From Cyanophora paradoxa CCMP329 (Eukaryota; Plantae; Glaucophyta): a stretch of DNA of 64,000 nt. Each line of letters opens with the position of its first letter. Position 1 is the first letter of the stretch. The stretch is from contig QPMI01000107.1 in NCBI GenBank assembly GCA_004431415.1, forward strand, positions 85,814 to 149,813. The letters are read 5' to 3'. Shown one piece after another: positions 48,601 to 63,600 of the stretch. A program made the position numbers and the translations under genes. Below the pieces are notes generated by a model that was not told the DNA's origin, made no database searches, and saw only the letters and a program-made list of their open reading frames with translations.

Positions 48601-51600
48601 GGTGGCGTCGTCACGTTGAAGTGCGCGCGCTCGCTCGTCAGCCCCTCCTGGCCAATGTAGTGCGCCGTGTACGTGTACGTCGTTGCGGGATCAGCGTCCT
48701 CGTCCACGCACGTGGCCGTGCCGCCCACCCCGCCCAACCATCCGATCGGGCTCGGCGCCGAGCAGCTGAAGCTGAAGCTGTCGCGCGACACCACCAAGCC
48801 GGTGACGGAGCTGTTCGCCACCGACGGCGCCATGTGCAGGCTGACAGTGACTGCGCTGGAGCCCGTCACCGTGGCCGAGTTCAGGCTGAACGCCGGCGGC
48901 GACGGCGCGGTCCACGCCCCGTCCGCATCGCTCAGATCCGAGTCCTTCCCGGCGATCCCGTCCGGCTCGCCGGACGTCGTGTAGTCCGCCTTGTACCAGT
49001 ACTGCGTCCCCGCCACGCGAGCCGTGTCGGTGTACACGTAGTGGCCCTCCGGCTCCGGCTTGCTGTTGATCTCCGCAATCTCCTGGTACGTCCCGTCGAC
49101 CGACGGCGCGCGGTAGATGCGGATCGTCACTGCCGCCGCCTGCTCCGGCACCGGGCGGTCCACCACCAGCGTGATCGCCGACGTGTTGCGGTCGATGCCC
49201 GTCGCCGTGATCTTGGGCTTGGCGGCGATGTCCGTCTCCGCCAGTGCCGAGCCGTTCGGCGAGTTCGTGTACAGCGTGAACAGCGTCGCCTGGTAGTAGT
49301 AGAGCAGGCCAGGGCGAGCTCGGCGTCGATGAACTCGTACGTGTCCAACGTGCTGACTGCGCCCTGCGAGCCAACGAGCGAGCCGTTGCGGTACAGGTCG
49401 ATCCGCTTGATGACCGGCAGGAGGTCCTCGGCCGGGCTAGTCTGCATCTCCGGGTCCGCCGGCTCGGTCGGGTACACCACCTGGACCTTCACCGCCGTCG
49501 CGTTCGGGTAGGCCGGCTCGAAGCTCACATACAGCTCGGCGCTGCCGGGCTCGCCTGCGTCACCTGGAGGACGTCCGAGGTCGGCGAGTTCAGCCCCGTC
49601 GTAGTGTAGTACGCCGTGATGTTCGACGTCGTCGCCGCTCCAGGCCCGTGAGCGTTATGCAGTCCTCGAACTCGTCCTCCTTGGGATGGAGAACGTGTTG
49701 GGGGTGCTTGTCGGAAGGTACAGGCGGGAGAACTCCGTCGTCTTGATCTCAGCGTGGCTGAGGTTTCGCGGGTACGTCACGCAGATCTTCGCGTCGTTGC
49801 AGTGACCAGCGTGTACGAGATGGTCGGCTTCACCACCAGCAGCGCCGTCACGTGAGCGGATCCGAGATCAGGCCCTCTCATTGCGCTCCAAGCCGTTGTA
49901 GAAGACCAAGCCCTCGTACTGCGCCGTGTACTCGTACGTGATGCCGGGTTGATGGCCCGGTGCCGTCAACGCACGACGCGAGCCAGTTGTCCGACGCCTC
50001 GCTGCACACTCGCGACGAGTTGCGCAACAGGAACGTCTCGGAGACGCGGAGCTTGTTGAGGTCGGTCCGCGAGGTCCACCTCAGGTCGAATTCCGTCTTG
50101 TAGCCAGGGACAGCTGGGGCGCCGGCGGGCCGGTGCGGGCCTGCTTCGATTCGCTCTCCTTCGAGTCCGCAGGCGTCAGGTACACCGCCTTGTACCAGTA
50201 ACCGTCTGGTGCGCGCGGCCGTGTCCACGTGGCGGTACACTCCGTCGCTGTCCGCCGTCGGGACCGTCGCGACCGTCGTCCACTCACTCCCGCCGCGCTG
50301 GACATCGCCCGGGAGATCCGCACCCCCGCCACATTCACCACGGGGTCGAGCGTCGGCAGCTCGACATCCAACCACACCGCCGTCGCGTTGACGGCAGTCG
50401 TCGTGAGGGTCGGCTGCGGCGAGTCGTCCGTTGTCGCCGACGCCGAGTTCGAGTCCTGCGAGGGGCCACCCACGAGGTCGCAATCGCCCAGCACGAGTAC
50501 GTCGTGGTCGGCTGCAGGGACACGAGGACCTCCTCCGCCAGGCCCATCCGCTCGATGGCCACCGTGCGCGCCGTGTTCGTGTCATTGCAGGTCAGCTGGT
50601 AGTTGTCGGCGAGCGCGTTGCTCGCGTCGTGCTCAATTCGATGTGAACCTTGATGGTGTTCGAGTCCACCATCGTCATCGTCACGACGGGGCCTTCGGCG
50701 CAGCGTCACCGCCACGTCGCCCACCTCGCTTCTCGTGCCCCCTTGGCCCTCGAACACGCACTTCCACACGTACGCCGTCGCCCAGTCCACCTTGTAGCCC
50801 GTCGCGCCGTCTTCACTCGAAACGACGAACTGCGCGCCCGAGACGGTGAAGGTGACCGCCGACGCGTTGGCCCAGCAGACCGTCCTCACGACGACGCTCT
50901 CGAGCCCAGCGGCAGGGAAACGTTCACCGTCACCGACGGGTAGTTCGTGTTCGCGTGGGTGACCGGCACAGGAGCAGCAGGGCGGTCCAGAGCTCCTTCT
51001 TCGCCGACTCCGGCGACGTGACGCGCACCCGCCATTGTCGACCGTCAGCAGCGCCGTGTAGTTGTACGCGCGGCCCTCGGCCAGGCCGGTGTCGTTGAAT
51101 CGGAGACAGCATCCGCTGAGAGAGGCATTGCGAATGCACGGCCCGCAGCTCGACGGCGAGAGCGGGATCGTCACGATCGGGCTGGAGCCGGCGCCGTCGC
51201 GTAGAGCTCCGTCCCGTTGCTCTCTCCCACCCCACAGGGAGCTCAATCTCCACGTGAGGGTCGAGGTCGTCGCCCGGTACGGGCCCTTGACGACCAGCGG
51301 TGCTTCTGGTGGCGTCGTCACGTTGAAGTGCGATCGCTCGCTCGTCAGCCCCTCCTGGCCAATGTAGTGCGCCGTGTACGTGTACAAAGTCGCGGGCCTC
51401 GCCCCTGTGTCCACGCACGTGGCCGTGCCGCCCACCCCGCCCAACCATCCGATCGGGTTCGGCGCCGAGCAGCTGAAGCTGAAGCTGTCGCGCGACACCA
51501 CCAAGCCGGTGACGGAGCTGTTCGCCACCGACGGCGCCATGTGCAGGCTGACAGTGACTGCGCCGGAGCCCGTCACCGTGGCCGAGTTCAGGCTGAACGC

Positions 51601-54600
51601 CGGCGGCGACGGCGCGGTCCACGCCCCGTCCGCATCGCTCAGATCCGAGTCCTTCCGGCGATCCCGTCCGGCTCGCCGGACGTCGTGTAGTCCGCCTGTA
51701 CCAGTACTGCGTCCCGCCACGCGAGCCGTGTCGGTGTACACGTAGTGGCCCACCGGCTCCGGCTTGCTGTTGATCTCCGCAATCTCCTGGTACGTCCGTC
51801 GACCGACGCGCGCGGTAGATGCGGATCGTCACTGCCGCCGCCTGCTCCGGCACCGGGCGGTCCACCACCAGCGTGATCGCGACGTGTTGCGGTCGATGCC
51901 GTCGCCGTGATCTTGGGCTTGGCGGCGATGTCCGTCTCCGCCAGTGCCGACCCGTTCGGCGATTCGTGTACAGCGTGAACAGCGTCGCCTGGTATAGTAG
52001 AGCAGGCCAGGGGCGAGCTCGGCGTCGATGAACTCGTACGTGTCCAACGTGCTGACTGCGCCCTGCGAGCCAACGAGCGAGCCGTTGCGTACAGTCGATC
52101 CGCTTGATGACCGGCAGGAGGTCCTCGGCCGGGTCAGTCTGCATCTCCGGATCCGCCGGCTCGGTCGGTACACACCTGGACCTTCACCGCCGTCGCGTTC
52201 GGGTAGGCCGGCTCGAAGCTCACATACAGCTTCGGCGCTGCCGGCTCGCCTGCGTCACCTGGAGGACGTCCGAGGTCGCGAGTTCAGCCCCGTCGTAGTG
52301 TAGTACGCCGTGATGTTCGACGTCGTCGCCGGCTCCAGCCCGGAGCGTTATGCAGTCCTCGAACTCGTCCTCCTTGGGGATGGAGAACGTGTTGGGGTGC
52401 TTGTCGGAAGGTACAGCGGGAGAACTCCGTCGTCTGATCTCAGCGTGGCTGAGGTTTCGCGGTACGTCACGCAGATCTTCGCGGTCGTCGCGGTGACCAG
52501 CGTGTACGAGATGGTCGGCTTCACCACCAGCAGCGCCGTCACGTGAGCGGATCCGAGATCAGGCCCCTCTCATTGCGCTCCAAGCCGTTGTAGAAGACCA
52601 AGCCTCGTACTGCGCCGTGTACTCGTACGTGATGCCGGGTGATGGCCCGGTGCCGCAACGCACGACGCGAGCCAGTTGTCCGACGCCTCGCTGCACACTC
52701 GCGACGAGTTGCGCAACAGGAACGTCTCGAGACGCGGAGCTTGTTGAGTCGTCTCCGCGAGGTCCACCCTCAGGTCGAATTCCGTCTTGTAGCCCAGGGA
52801 CAGCTGGGCGCCGGCGGCCGGTGCGGGCCTGCTTCGATTCGCTCTCTTCGAGTCCGCAGGCGTCAGTACACCGCCTTGTACCAGTAATCCGTCTGGTGCG
52901 CGCGCCCGCGTCCACGTGGCGGTACACCCCATCGCTGTCCGCCGTCGGGACCGTCGCGACCGTCGTCCACTCACCCCCGCCGCGCTGGACATCGCCGGGA
53001 GATCCGCACCCCCGTCACATTCACCACGGGGTCGAGCTCGGCAGCGCGACCTCCAACCACACCGCCGTCGCGTTGACGCAGTCGTCGTAAGGGTCGCTGC
53101 GGAGAGTCGTCCGTCGTCGCCGACGCCGTGTCCGAGTCCTGCGAGGGCCCACCACGAGGTCGCAATTGCCCAGCACGAGTACGTCGTGCTCGCTGCAGGG
53201 ACACGAGGACCTCCTCCGCCAGGCCCATCCGCTCGATGGCCACCGTGCGCGCCGTGTCGTGTCATTGCAGGTCAGCTGGTAGTTGTCGGCAAGCACGTTG
53301 CTCGCGTCGTGCTCGATTTCGATGTGAACCTTGATGGTGTTCGAGTCCACCATCGTCATCGTCACGACGGCCTTCGCGGCAGCGTCACCGCACGTCGCCC
53401 ACCTCGCTTCTCGTGCCCCCTTGGCCCTCGAACCGCACTTCCACACGTACGCCGTCGCCCAGTCCACCTTGTAGCCCGTCGCGCCGTTTTCACTCGAAAC
53501 GACGAACTGCGCGCCCGAGACGGTGAAGGTGACCGCCGACGCGTTGGCCAGCAGACCGTCCTCACGACGACGCTCTCGAGCCCCAGCGGCAGGGAAACGT
53601 TCACCGTCACCGACGGGTAGTTCGTGTTCGCGTGGATGACCGGCACAGCGCAGGCAGGGCGGTCCAGAGCTCCTTCTTCGCCGACTCCGCGACGTGACGC
53701 GCACCCCCCATTGTCGACCGTCAGCAGCGCCGTGTAGTTGTACGCGCGGCCCTCGGCCAGGCGGTGTCGTTGAATCGGAGACAGCAGCGGCTCGGACGTC
53801 AAGGCGATGCACGGCCCGCAGCTCGACGGCGAGAGCGGGATCGTCACGATCGGGCTGGAGCGGCGCCGTCGCGGTAGAGCTCCGTCCCGTTGCTCTTCTC
53901 CCACCCCACAGGAGCTCAATCTCCACGCTGATGGTCGAGGTCGTCGCCCGGTACGGGCCTTGACGACAGCGGTGCTTCTGGTGGCGTCGTCACGTTGAAG
54001 TGCGCGCGCTCGCTCGTCAGCCCCTCCTGGCCAATGTAGTGCGCCGTGTACGTGTACAAAGTCGCGGGCTCGCCCTGCGTCCACGCACGTGGCCGTGCCG
54101 CCCACCCCGCCCAACCATCCGATCGGTTCGGCGCCGAGCAGCTGAAGCTGAAGCTGTCGCGCGACACCACCAAGCCGGTGACGGAGCTGTTCGCCACCGA
54201 CGGCGCCATGTGCAGGCTGACAGTGACGCGCGGAGCCCGTCACCGTGGCCGAGTTCAGGCTGAACGCGGCGGCGACGGCGCGGTCCACGCCCCGTCCGCA
54301 ACGCTCAGATCCGAGTCTTCCCGCGATCCCGTCCGGCTCGCCGACGTCGTGTAGTCCGCCTTGTACCAGTACTGCGTCCCCGCCACGCGAGCCGTGTCGG
54401 TGTACACGTAGTGGCCCTCCGGCTCGGCTTGCTGTTGATCTCCGCGATCTCTGGTACGTCCCGTCGACCGACGGCGCGCGTAGATGCGATCGTCACTGCC
54501 GCCGCCTGCTCCGGCACGGGCGGTCCACCACCAGCGTGATCGCCGACGTGTTGCGGTCGATGCCCGTCGCCGTGATCTTGGGCTTGGCGGCGATGTCCGT

Positions 54601-57600
54601 CTCCGCCAGTGCCGACCCGTTCGGGAGTTCGTGTACAGCGTGAACACGTCGCTGGTAGAGTAGAGCAGGCCAGGGCGAGCTCGTCGTCGATGAACTCGTA
54701 CGTGTCCAACGTGCTGACTGCGCCCTGCGAGCCAACGAGCGAGCCGTTGCGATACAGGTCGATCCGCTTGATGACGGCAGGAGGTCCTCGGCCGGGCTGT
54801 CTGCATCTCCGGGTCGCAGGCTCTTCGGTACACCACCTGGACCTTCACCGCCGTCGCGTTCGGGTAGGCCGGCTCGAAGCTCACATACAGCTTCGGCGCT
54901 GCCGGCTCGCCTGCGTCACCTGGAGGACGTCCGAGGTCGGCGAGTTCAGCCCGTCGTAGTGTAGTACGCCGTGATGTTCGACGTCGTCGCCGGCTCCAGG
55001 CCCGTGAGCGTTATGCAGTCCTCGAACTCGTCCTCCTTGGGGATGGAGAACGTGTGGGGGTGCTTGTCGGAAGGTACAGGCGGGAGAACTCCGTCGTCTT
55101 GATCTCAGCGTGGCTGAGGTTTCGCGGGTACGTCACGCAGATCTTCGCGGTCGTCGCGGTGACCAGCGTGTACGAGATGGTCGCTTCACCACCAGCAGCG
55201 CGTCACGTGGAGCGGATCCGAGATCAGGCCCTCTCATTGCGCTCCAAGCCGTTGTAGAAGACCAAGCCTCGTACTGCGCCGTGTACTCGTACGTGATGCC
55301 GGGTTGATGCCCGGTGCCGTCAACGCACGACGCGAGCCATTGTCCGACGCCTCGCTGCACACTCGCGACGAGTTGCGCAACAGGAACGTCTCGGAGACGC
55401 GGAGCTTGTTGAGGTCGGTCTCCGCGAGGTCACCCTCAGGTCGAATTCCGTCTTGTAGCCCAGGGACAGCTGGGGCGCCGGCGGGCCGGTGCGGCCTGCT
55501 TCGATTCGCTCTCCTTCGAGTCCGCAGGCGTCAGGTACACCGCCTTGTACCAGTAATCCGTCTGGTGCGCGCGGCCCGGTCCACGTGCGGTACACTCCGT
55601 CGCTGTCCGCCGTCGGGACCTCGCGACCGTCGTCCACTCACTCCCCGCCGCGCTGGACATCGCCGGGAATCCGCACCCCCGTCACATTCACCACGGGGTC
55701 GAGCGTCGCAGCCGACCTCAACCACACCGCCGTCGCGTTGACGGCAGTCGTCGTAGGGTCGGCTGCGGCGAGTCGTCGTGTCCCGACGCCGTGTTCGAGT
55801 CCTGCAGGGCCCACCCACGAGGTCGCAATGCCCAGCACGAGTACGTCGTGCTCGGCTGCAGGACACGAGGACCTCCTCCGCCAGGCCCATCCGCTCGATG
55901 GCCACCGTGCGCGCCGTGTTCGTGTCATTGCAGGTCACTGGTAGTTGTCGCGAGCACGTTGCTCGCGTCGTGCTCGATTTCGATGTGAACCTTGATGGTG
56001 TCGAGTCCACCATCGTCATCGTCACGCGGGGCCTTCGGCGGCAGCGTCACCGCCACGTCGCCCACCTCGCTTCTCGTGCCCCCTTGGCCCTCGAACACGC
56101 ATTCCACACGTACGCCGTCGCCCAGTCCACCTTGTAGCCCGTCGCGCCGTTTCACTCGAAACGACGAACTGCGCGCCCGAGACGGTGAAGGTGACCGCCG
56201 ACGCGTTGGCCCAGCAGACCGTCCTCACGACGACGCTCTCGAGCCCCAGCGCAGGGAAACGTTCACCGTTACCGACGGGTAGTTCGTGTTCGCGTGGATG
56301 ACCGCACAGGCGCAGGCAGGGCGGTCCAGAGCTCCTTCTTCGCCGACTCCGGCGACGTGACGCGCACCCCGCCATTGTCGACCGTCAGCAGCGCCGTGTA
56401 GTTGTACGCGCGGCCCTCGGCCAGGCCGGTGTCGTTGAATCGGAGACAGCAGCGCTGAGAGATCGCATTGCGATGCACGGCCCGCAGCTCGACGGCGAGA
56501 GCGGGATCGTCACGATCGGGCTGGAGCCGGCGCCGTCGCGGTAGAGCTCCGTCCCGTTGCTCTTCTCCCACCCCACAGGGAGCTCAATCTCCACGCTGAT
56601 GGTCGAGGTCGTCGCCCGTACGGGCCCTTGACGACAGCGGTGCTTCTGGTGGCTCGTCACGTTGAAGTGCGCGCGTCGCTCGTCAGCCCCTCCTGGCCAA
56701 TGTAGTGCGCCGTGTACGTGTACAAAGTCGCGGGCTCGCCCTGCGTCCACGCACGTGGCCGTTGCCGCCCACCCGCCCAACCATCCGATCGGCTCGGCGC
56801 CGGCAGCTGAGCTGAAGCTGTCGCGCGACAACCACCAAGCGGTGACGGAGCTGTTCGCCACCGACGGCGCCATGTGCAGGCTGACAGTGACCGCGCTGGA
56901 GCCGTCACCGTGGCCGAGTTCAGGCTGAACGCCGGCGGCGACGGCGCGGTCCACGCCCCGTCCGCATCGCTCAGATCCGAGTCCTTCCCGGCGATCCGTC
57001 CGGCTCGCGGACGTCGTGTAGTCCGCCTTGTACCAGTACTGCGTCCCCGCCCACGCGAGCCGTGTCGGTGTACACGTAGTGGCCCTCCGGCTCCGGCTTG
57101 CTGTTGATCTCCGCATCTCCTGGTACGTCCCGTCGACCGACGGCGCGCGGTAGATGCGGATCGTCACTGCCGCCGCCTGCTCCGGCACCGGGCGGTCCAC
57201 CACCAGCGTGATCGCCGACGTGTTGCGGTCGATGCCCGTCGCCGTGATCTTGGGCTTGGCGGCGATGTCCGTCTCCGCCAGTGCCGACCCGTTCGGCGAG
57301 TTCGTGTACAGCGTGAACAGCGTCGCCTGGTAGTAGTAGAGCAGGCCAGGGGCGAGCTCGTCGTCGATGAACTCGTACGTGTCCAACGTGCTGACTGCGC
57401 CCTGCGAGCCAACGAGCGAGCCGTTGCGATACAGGTCGATCCGCTTGATGACCGGCAGGAGGTCCTCGGCCGGGTGGTCTGCATCTCCGGTCCGCCGGCT
57501 CGGTCGGTACACCACCTGGACCTTCACCGCCGTCGCGTTCGGGTAGGCCGGCTCGAAGCTCACATACAGCTTCGGCGCTGCCGGGCTCGCCTGCGTCACC

Positions 57601-60600
57601 TGGAGGACGTCCGAGGTCGGCGAGTTCAGCCCCGTCGTAGTGTAGTACGCCGTGATGTTCGACGTCGTCGCCGGCTCCAGGCCCGTGAGCGTTATGCAGT
57701 CCTCGAACTCGTCCTCCTTGGGGATGGAGAACGTGTTGGGGGTGCTTGTCGGAAGGTACAGGCGGGAGAACTCCGTCGTCTTGATCTCAGCGTGGCTGAG
57801 GTTTCGCGGGTACGTCACGCAGATCTTCGCGGTCGTCGCGGTGACCAGCGTGTACGAGATGGTCGGCTTCACCACCAGCAGCGCCGTCACGTGGAGCGGA
57901 TCCGAGATCAGGCCCCTCTCATTGCGCTCCAAGCCGTTGTAGAAGACCAAGCCCTCGTACTGCGCCGTGTACTCGTACGTGATGCCGGGGTTGATGGCCC
58001 CGGTGCCGTCAACGCACGACGCGAGCCAGTTGTCCGACGCCTCGCTGCACACTCGCGACGAGTTGCGCAACAGGAACGTCTCGGAGACGCGGAGCTTGTT
58101 GAGGTCGGTCTCCGCGAGGTCCACCCTCAGGTCGAATTCCGTCTTGTAGCCCAGGGACAGCTGGGGCGCCGGCGGGCCGGTGCGGGCCTGCTTCGATTCG
58201 CTCTCCTTCGAGTCCGCAGGCGTCAGGTACACCGCCTTGTACCAGTAATCCGTCTGGTGCGCGCGGCCCGTGTCCACGTGGCGGTACACTCCGTCGCTGT
58301 CCGCCGTCGGGACCATCGCGACCGTCGTCCACTCACTCCCCGCCGCGCTGGACATCGCCCGGGAGATCCGCACCCCCGTCACATTCACCACGGGGTCGAG
58401 CGTCGGCAGCTCGACCTCCAACCACACCGCCGTCGCGTTGACGGCAGTCGTCGTGAGGGTCGGCTGCGGCGAGTCGTCCGTCGTCACCGACGCCGTGTCC
58501 GAGTCCTGCGAGGGGCCCACCCACGAGGTCGCAATCGCCCAGCACGAGTACGTCGTGCTCGGCTGCAGGGACACGAGGACCTCCTCCGCCAGGCCCATCC
58601 GCTCGATGGCCACCGTGCGCGCCGTGTTCGTGTCATTGCAGGTCAGCTGGTAGTTGTCGGCGAGCACGTTGCTCGCGTCGTGCTCGATTTCGATGTGAAC
58701 CTTGATGGTGTTCGAGTCCACCATCGTCATCGTCACGACGGGGGCCTTCGGCGGCAGCGTCACCGCCACGTCGCCCACCTCGCTTCTCGTGCCCCCTTGG
58801 CCCTCGAACACGCACTTCCACACGTACGCCGTCGCCCAGTCCACCTTGTAGCCCGTCGCGCCGTCTTCACTCGAAACGACGAACTGCGCGCCCGAGACGG
58901 TGAAGGTGACCGCCGACGCGTTGGCCCAGCAGACCGTCCTCACGACGACGCTCTCGAGCCCCAGCGGCAGGGAAACGTTCACCGTCACCGACGGGTAGTT
59001 CGTGTTCGCGTGGATGACCGGCACAGGCGCAGGCAGGGCGGTCCAGAGCTCCTTCTTCGCCGACTCCGGCGACGTGACGCGCACCCCGCCATTGTCGACC
59101 GTCAGCAGCGCCGTGTAGTTGTACGCGCGGCCCTCGGCCAGGCCGGTGTCGTTGAATCGGAGACAGCAGCGGCTCGCATCGTCAAGGCGATGGCACGGCC
59201 CGCAGCTCGACGGCGAGAGCGGGATCGTCACGATCGGGCTGGAGCCGGCGCCGTCGCGGTAGAGCTCCGTCCCGTTGCTCTTCTCCCACCCCACAGGGAG
59301 CTCAATCTCCACGCTGATGGTCGAGGTCGTCGCCCGGTACGGGCCCTTGACGACCAGCGGTGCTTCTGGTGGCGTCGTCACGTTGAAGTGCGCGCGCTCG
59401 CTCGTCAGCCCCTCCTGGCCAATGTAGTGCGCCGTGTACGTGTACAAAGTCGCGGGCCTCGCCCCTGTGTCCACGCACGTGGCCGTGCCGCCCACCCCGC
59501 CCAACCATCCGATCGGGTTCGGCGCCGAGCAGCTGAAGCTGAAGCTGTCGCGCGACACCACCAAGCCGGTGACGGAGCTGTTCGCCACCGACGGCGCCAT
59601 GTGCAGGCTGACAGTGACCGCGCTGGAGCCCGTCACCGTGGCCGAGTTCAGGCTGAACGCCGGCGGCGACGGCGCGGTCCACGCCCCGTCCGCATCGCTC
59701 AGATCCGAGTCCTTCCCGGCGATCCCGTCCGGCTCGCCGGACGTCGTGTAGTCCGCCTTGTACCAGTACTGCGTCCCCGCCACGCGAGCCGTGTCGGTGT
59801 ACACGTAGTGGCCCTCCGGCTCCGGCTTGCTGTTGATCTCCGCAATCTCCTGGTACGTCCCGTCGACCGACGGCGCGCGGTAGATGCGGATCGTCACTGC
59901 CGCCGCCTGCTCCGGCACCGGGCGGTCCACCACCAGCGTGATCGCCGACGTGTTGCGGTCGATGCCCGTCGCCGTGATCTTGGGCTTGGCGGCGATGTCC
60001 GTCTCCGCCAGTGCCGACCCGTTCGGGGAGTTCGTGTACAGCGTGAACAGCGTCGCCTGGTAGAAGTAGAGCAGGCCAGGGGCGAGCTCGTCGTCGATGA
60101 ACTCGTACGTGTCCAACGTGCTGACTGCGCCCTGCGAGCCAACGAGCGAGCCGTTGCGTACAGGTCGATCCGCTTGATGACCGGCAGGAGGTCCTCGGCC
60201 GGGCTGTCTGCATCTCCGGTCCGCCGGCTTCGGGTACACCACCTGGACCTTCACCGCCGTCGCGTTCGGGTAGGCCGGCTCGAAGCTCACATACAGCTTC
60301 GGCGCTGCCGGGCTCGCCTGCGTCACCTGGAGGACGTCCGAGGTCGGCGAGTTCAGCCCCGTCGTAGTGTAGTACGCCGTGATGTTCGACGTCGTCGCCG
60401 GCTCCAGGCCCGTGAGCGTTATGCAGTCCTCGAACTCGTCCTCCTTGGGGATGGAGAACGTGTAGGGGGTGCTTGTCGGAAGGTACAGGCGGGAGAACTC
60501 CGTCGTCTTGATCTCAGCGTGGCTGAGGTTTCGCGGGTACGTCACGCAGATCTTCGCGGTCGTCGCGGTGACCAGCGTGTACGAGATGGTCGGCTTCACC

Positions 60601-63600
60601 ACCAGCAGCGCCGTCACGTGGAGCGGATCCGAGATCAGGCCCCTCTCATTGCGCTCCAAGCCGTTGTAGAAGACCAAGCCCTCGTACTGCGCCGTGTACT
60701 CGTACGTGATGCCGGGGTTGATGGCCCCGGTGCCGTCAACGCACGACGCGAGCCAGTTGTCCGACGCCTCGCTGCACACTCGCGACGAGTTGCGCAACAG
60801 GAACGTCTCGGAGACGCGGAGCTTGTTGAGGTCGGTCTCCGCGAGGTCCACCCTCAGGTCGAATTCCGTCTTGTAGCCCAGGGACAGCTGGGGCGCCGGC
60901 GGGCCGGTGCGGGCCTGCTTCGATTCGCTCTCCTTCGAGTCCGCAGGCGTCAGGTACACCGCCTTGTACCAGTAATCCGTCTGGTGCGCGCGGCCCGTGT
61001 CCACGTGGCGGTACACCCGTCGCTGTCCGCCGTCGGGACCGTCGCGACCGTCGTCCACTCACTCCCCGCCGCGCTGGACATCGCCCGGGAGATCCGCACC
61101 CCCGTCACATTCACCACGGGGTCGAGCGTCGGCAGCGACCTCCAACCACACCGCCGTCGCGTTGACGGCAGTCGTCGTGAGGGTCGGCTGCGGCGAGTCG
61201 TCCGTCGTCGCCGACGCCGTGTCGAGTCCTGCGAGGGGCCCACCCACGAGGTCGCAATCGCCCAGCACGAGTACGTCGTGCTCGGCTGCAGGGACACGAG
61301 GACCTCCTCCGCCAGGCCCATCCGCTCGATGGCCACCGTGCGCGCCGTGTTCGTGTCATTGCAGGTCAGCTGGTAGTTGTCGGCAGCACGTTGCTCGCGT
61401 CGTGCTCGATTTCGATGTGAACCTTGATGGTGTTCGAGTCCACCATCGTCATCGTCACGACGGGGGCCTTCGGCGGCAGCGTCACCGCCACGTCGCCCAC
61501 CTCGCTTCTCGTGCCCCCTTGGCCCTCGAACACGCACTTCCACACGTACGCCGTCGCCCAGTCCACCTTGTAGCCCGTCGCGCCGTCTTCACTCGAAACG
61601 ACGAACTGCGCGCCCGAGACGGTGAAGGTGACCGCCGACGCGTTGGCCCAGCAGACCGTCCTCACGACGACGCTCTCGAGCCCCAGCGGCAGGGAAACGT
61701 TCACCGTCACCGACGGGTAGTTCGTGTTCGCGTGGATGACCGGCACAGGCGCAGGCAGGGCGGTCCAGAGCTCCTTCTTCGCCGACTCCGGCGACGTGAC
61801 GCGCACCCCGCCATTGTCGACCGTCAGCAGCGCCGTGTAGTTGTACGCGCGGCCCTCGGCCAGGCCGGTGTCGTTGAATCGGAGACAGCAGCGGCTCGCA
61901 TCGTCAAGGCGATGCACGGCCCGCAGCTCGACGGCGAGAGCGGGATCGTCACGATCGGGCTGGAGCCGGCGCCGTCGCGGTAGAGCTCCGTCCCGTTGCT
62001 CTTCTCCCACCCCACAGGGAGCTCAATCTCCACGCTGATGGTCGAGGTCGTCGCCCGGTACGGGCCCTTGACGACCAGCGGTGCTTCTGGTGGCGTCGTC
62101 ACGTTGAAGTGCGCGCGCTCGCTCGTCAGCCCCTCCTGGCCAATGTAGTGCGCCGTGTACGTGTACAAGTCGCGGGCCTCGCCCTGTGTCCACGCACGTG
62201 GCCGTGCCGCCCACCCCGCCCAACCATCCGATCGGGTTCGGCGCCGAGCAGCTGAAGCTGAAGCTGTCGCGCGACACCACCAAGCCGGTGACGGAGCTGT
62301 TCGCCACCGACGGCGCCATGTGCAGGCTGACAGTGACCGCGCTGGAGCCCGTCACCGTGGCCGAGTTCAGGCTGAACGCCGGCGGCGACGGCGCGGTCCA
62401 CGCCCCGTCCGCATCGCTCAGATCCGAGTCCTTCCCGGCGATCCCGTCCGGCTCGCCGGACGTCGTGTAGTCCGCCTTGTACCAGTACTGCGTCCCCGCC
62501 ACGCGAGCCGTGTCGGTGTACACGTAGTGGCCCTCCGGCTCCGGCTTGCTGTTGATCTCCGCAATCTCCTGGTACGTCCCGTCGACCGACGGCGCGCGGT
62601 AGATGCGGATCGTCACTGCCGCCGCCTGCTCCGGCACCGGGCGGTCCACCACCAGCGTGATCGCCGACGTGTTGCGGTCGATGCCCGTCGCCGTGATCTT
62701 GGGCTTGGCGGCGATGTCCGTCTCCGCCAGTGCCGACCCGTTCGGCGAGTTCGTGTACAGCGTGAACAGCGTCGCCTGGTAGTAGAGCAGGCCAGGGGCG
62801 AGCTCGTCGTCGATGAACTCTCGTACGTGTCCAACGTGCTGACTGCGCCCTGCGAGCCAACGAGCGAGCCGTTGCGGTACAGTCGATCCGCTTGATGACC
62901 GGCAGGAGGTCCTCGGCCGGGCGGCTGCTCGGTCCGGTACACACCTGGACCTTCACCGCCGTCGCGTTCGGGTAGGCCGGCTCGAAGCTCACATACAGCT
63001 TCGGCGCTGCCGGGCTCGCCTGCGTCACCTGGAGGACGTCCGAGGTCGGCGAGTTCAGCCCCGTCGTAGTGTAGTACGCCGTGATGTTCGACGTCGTCGC
63101 CGGCTCCAGGCCCGTGAGCGTTATGCAGTCCTCGAACTCGTCCTCCTTGGGGATGGAGAACGTGTTGGGGGTGCTTGTCGGAAGGTACAGGCGGGAGAAC
63201 TCCGTCGTCTTGATCTCAGCGTGGCTGAGGTTTCGCGGGTACGTCACGCAGATCTTCGCGGTCGTCGCGGTGACCAGCGTGTACGAGATGGTCGGCTTCA
63301 CCACCAGCAGCGCCGTCACGTGGAGCGGATCCGAGATCAGGCCCCTCTCATTGCGCTCCAAGCCGTTGTAGAAGACCAAGCCCTCGTACTGCGCCGTGTA
63401 CTCGTACGTGATGCCGGGGTTGATGGCCCCGGTGCCGTCAACGCACGACGCGAGCCAGTTGTCCGACGCCTCGCTGCACACTCGCGACGAGTTGCGCAAC
63501 AGGAACGTCTCGGAGACGCGGAGCTTGTTGAGGTCGGTCTCCGCGAGGTCCACCCTCAGGTCGAATTCCGTCTTGTAGCCCAGGGACAGCTGGGGCGCCG

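Noticed and set aside
18514-61376. Very long + strand ORFs (e.g. 25148-29086, 31497-37133, 57474-61376)
   Set aside because: They are codon-aligned antisense shadows of a GC3-rich gene that rarely uses TTA/CTA/TCA. The translations are R/V/H/G-rich with no domain character.
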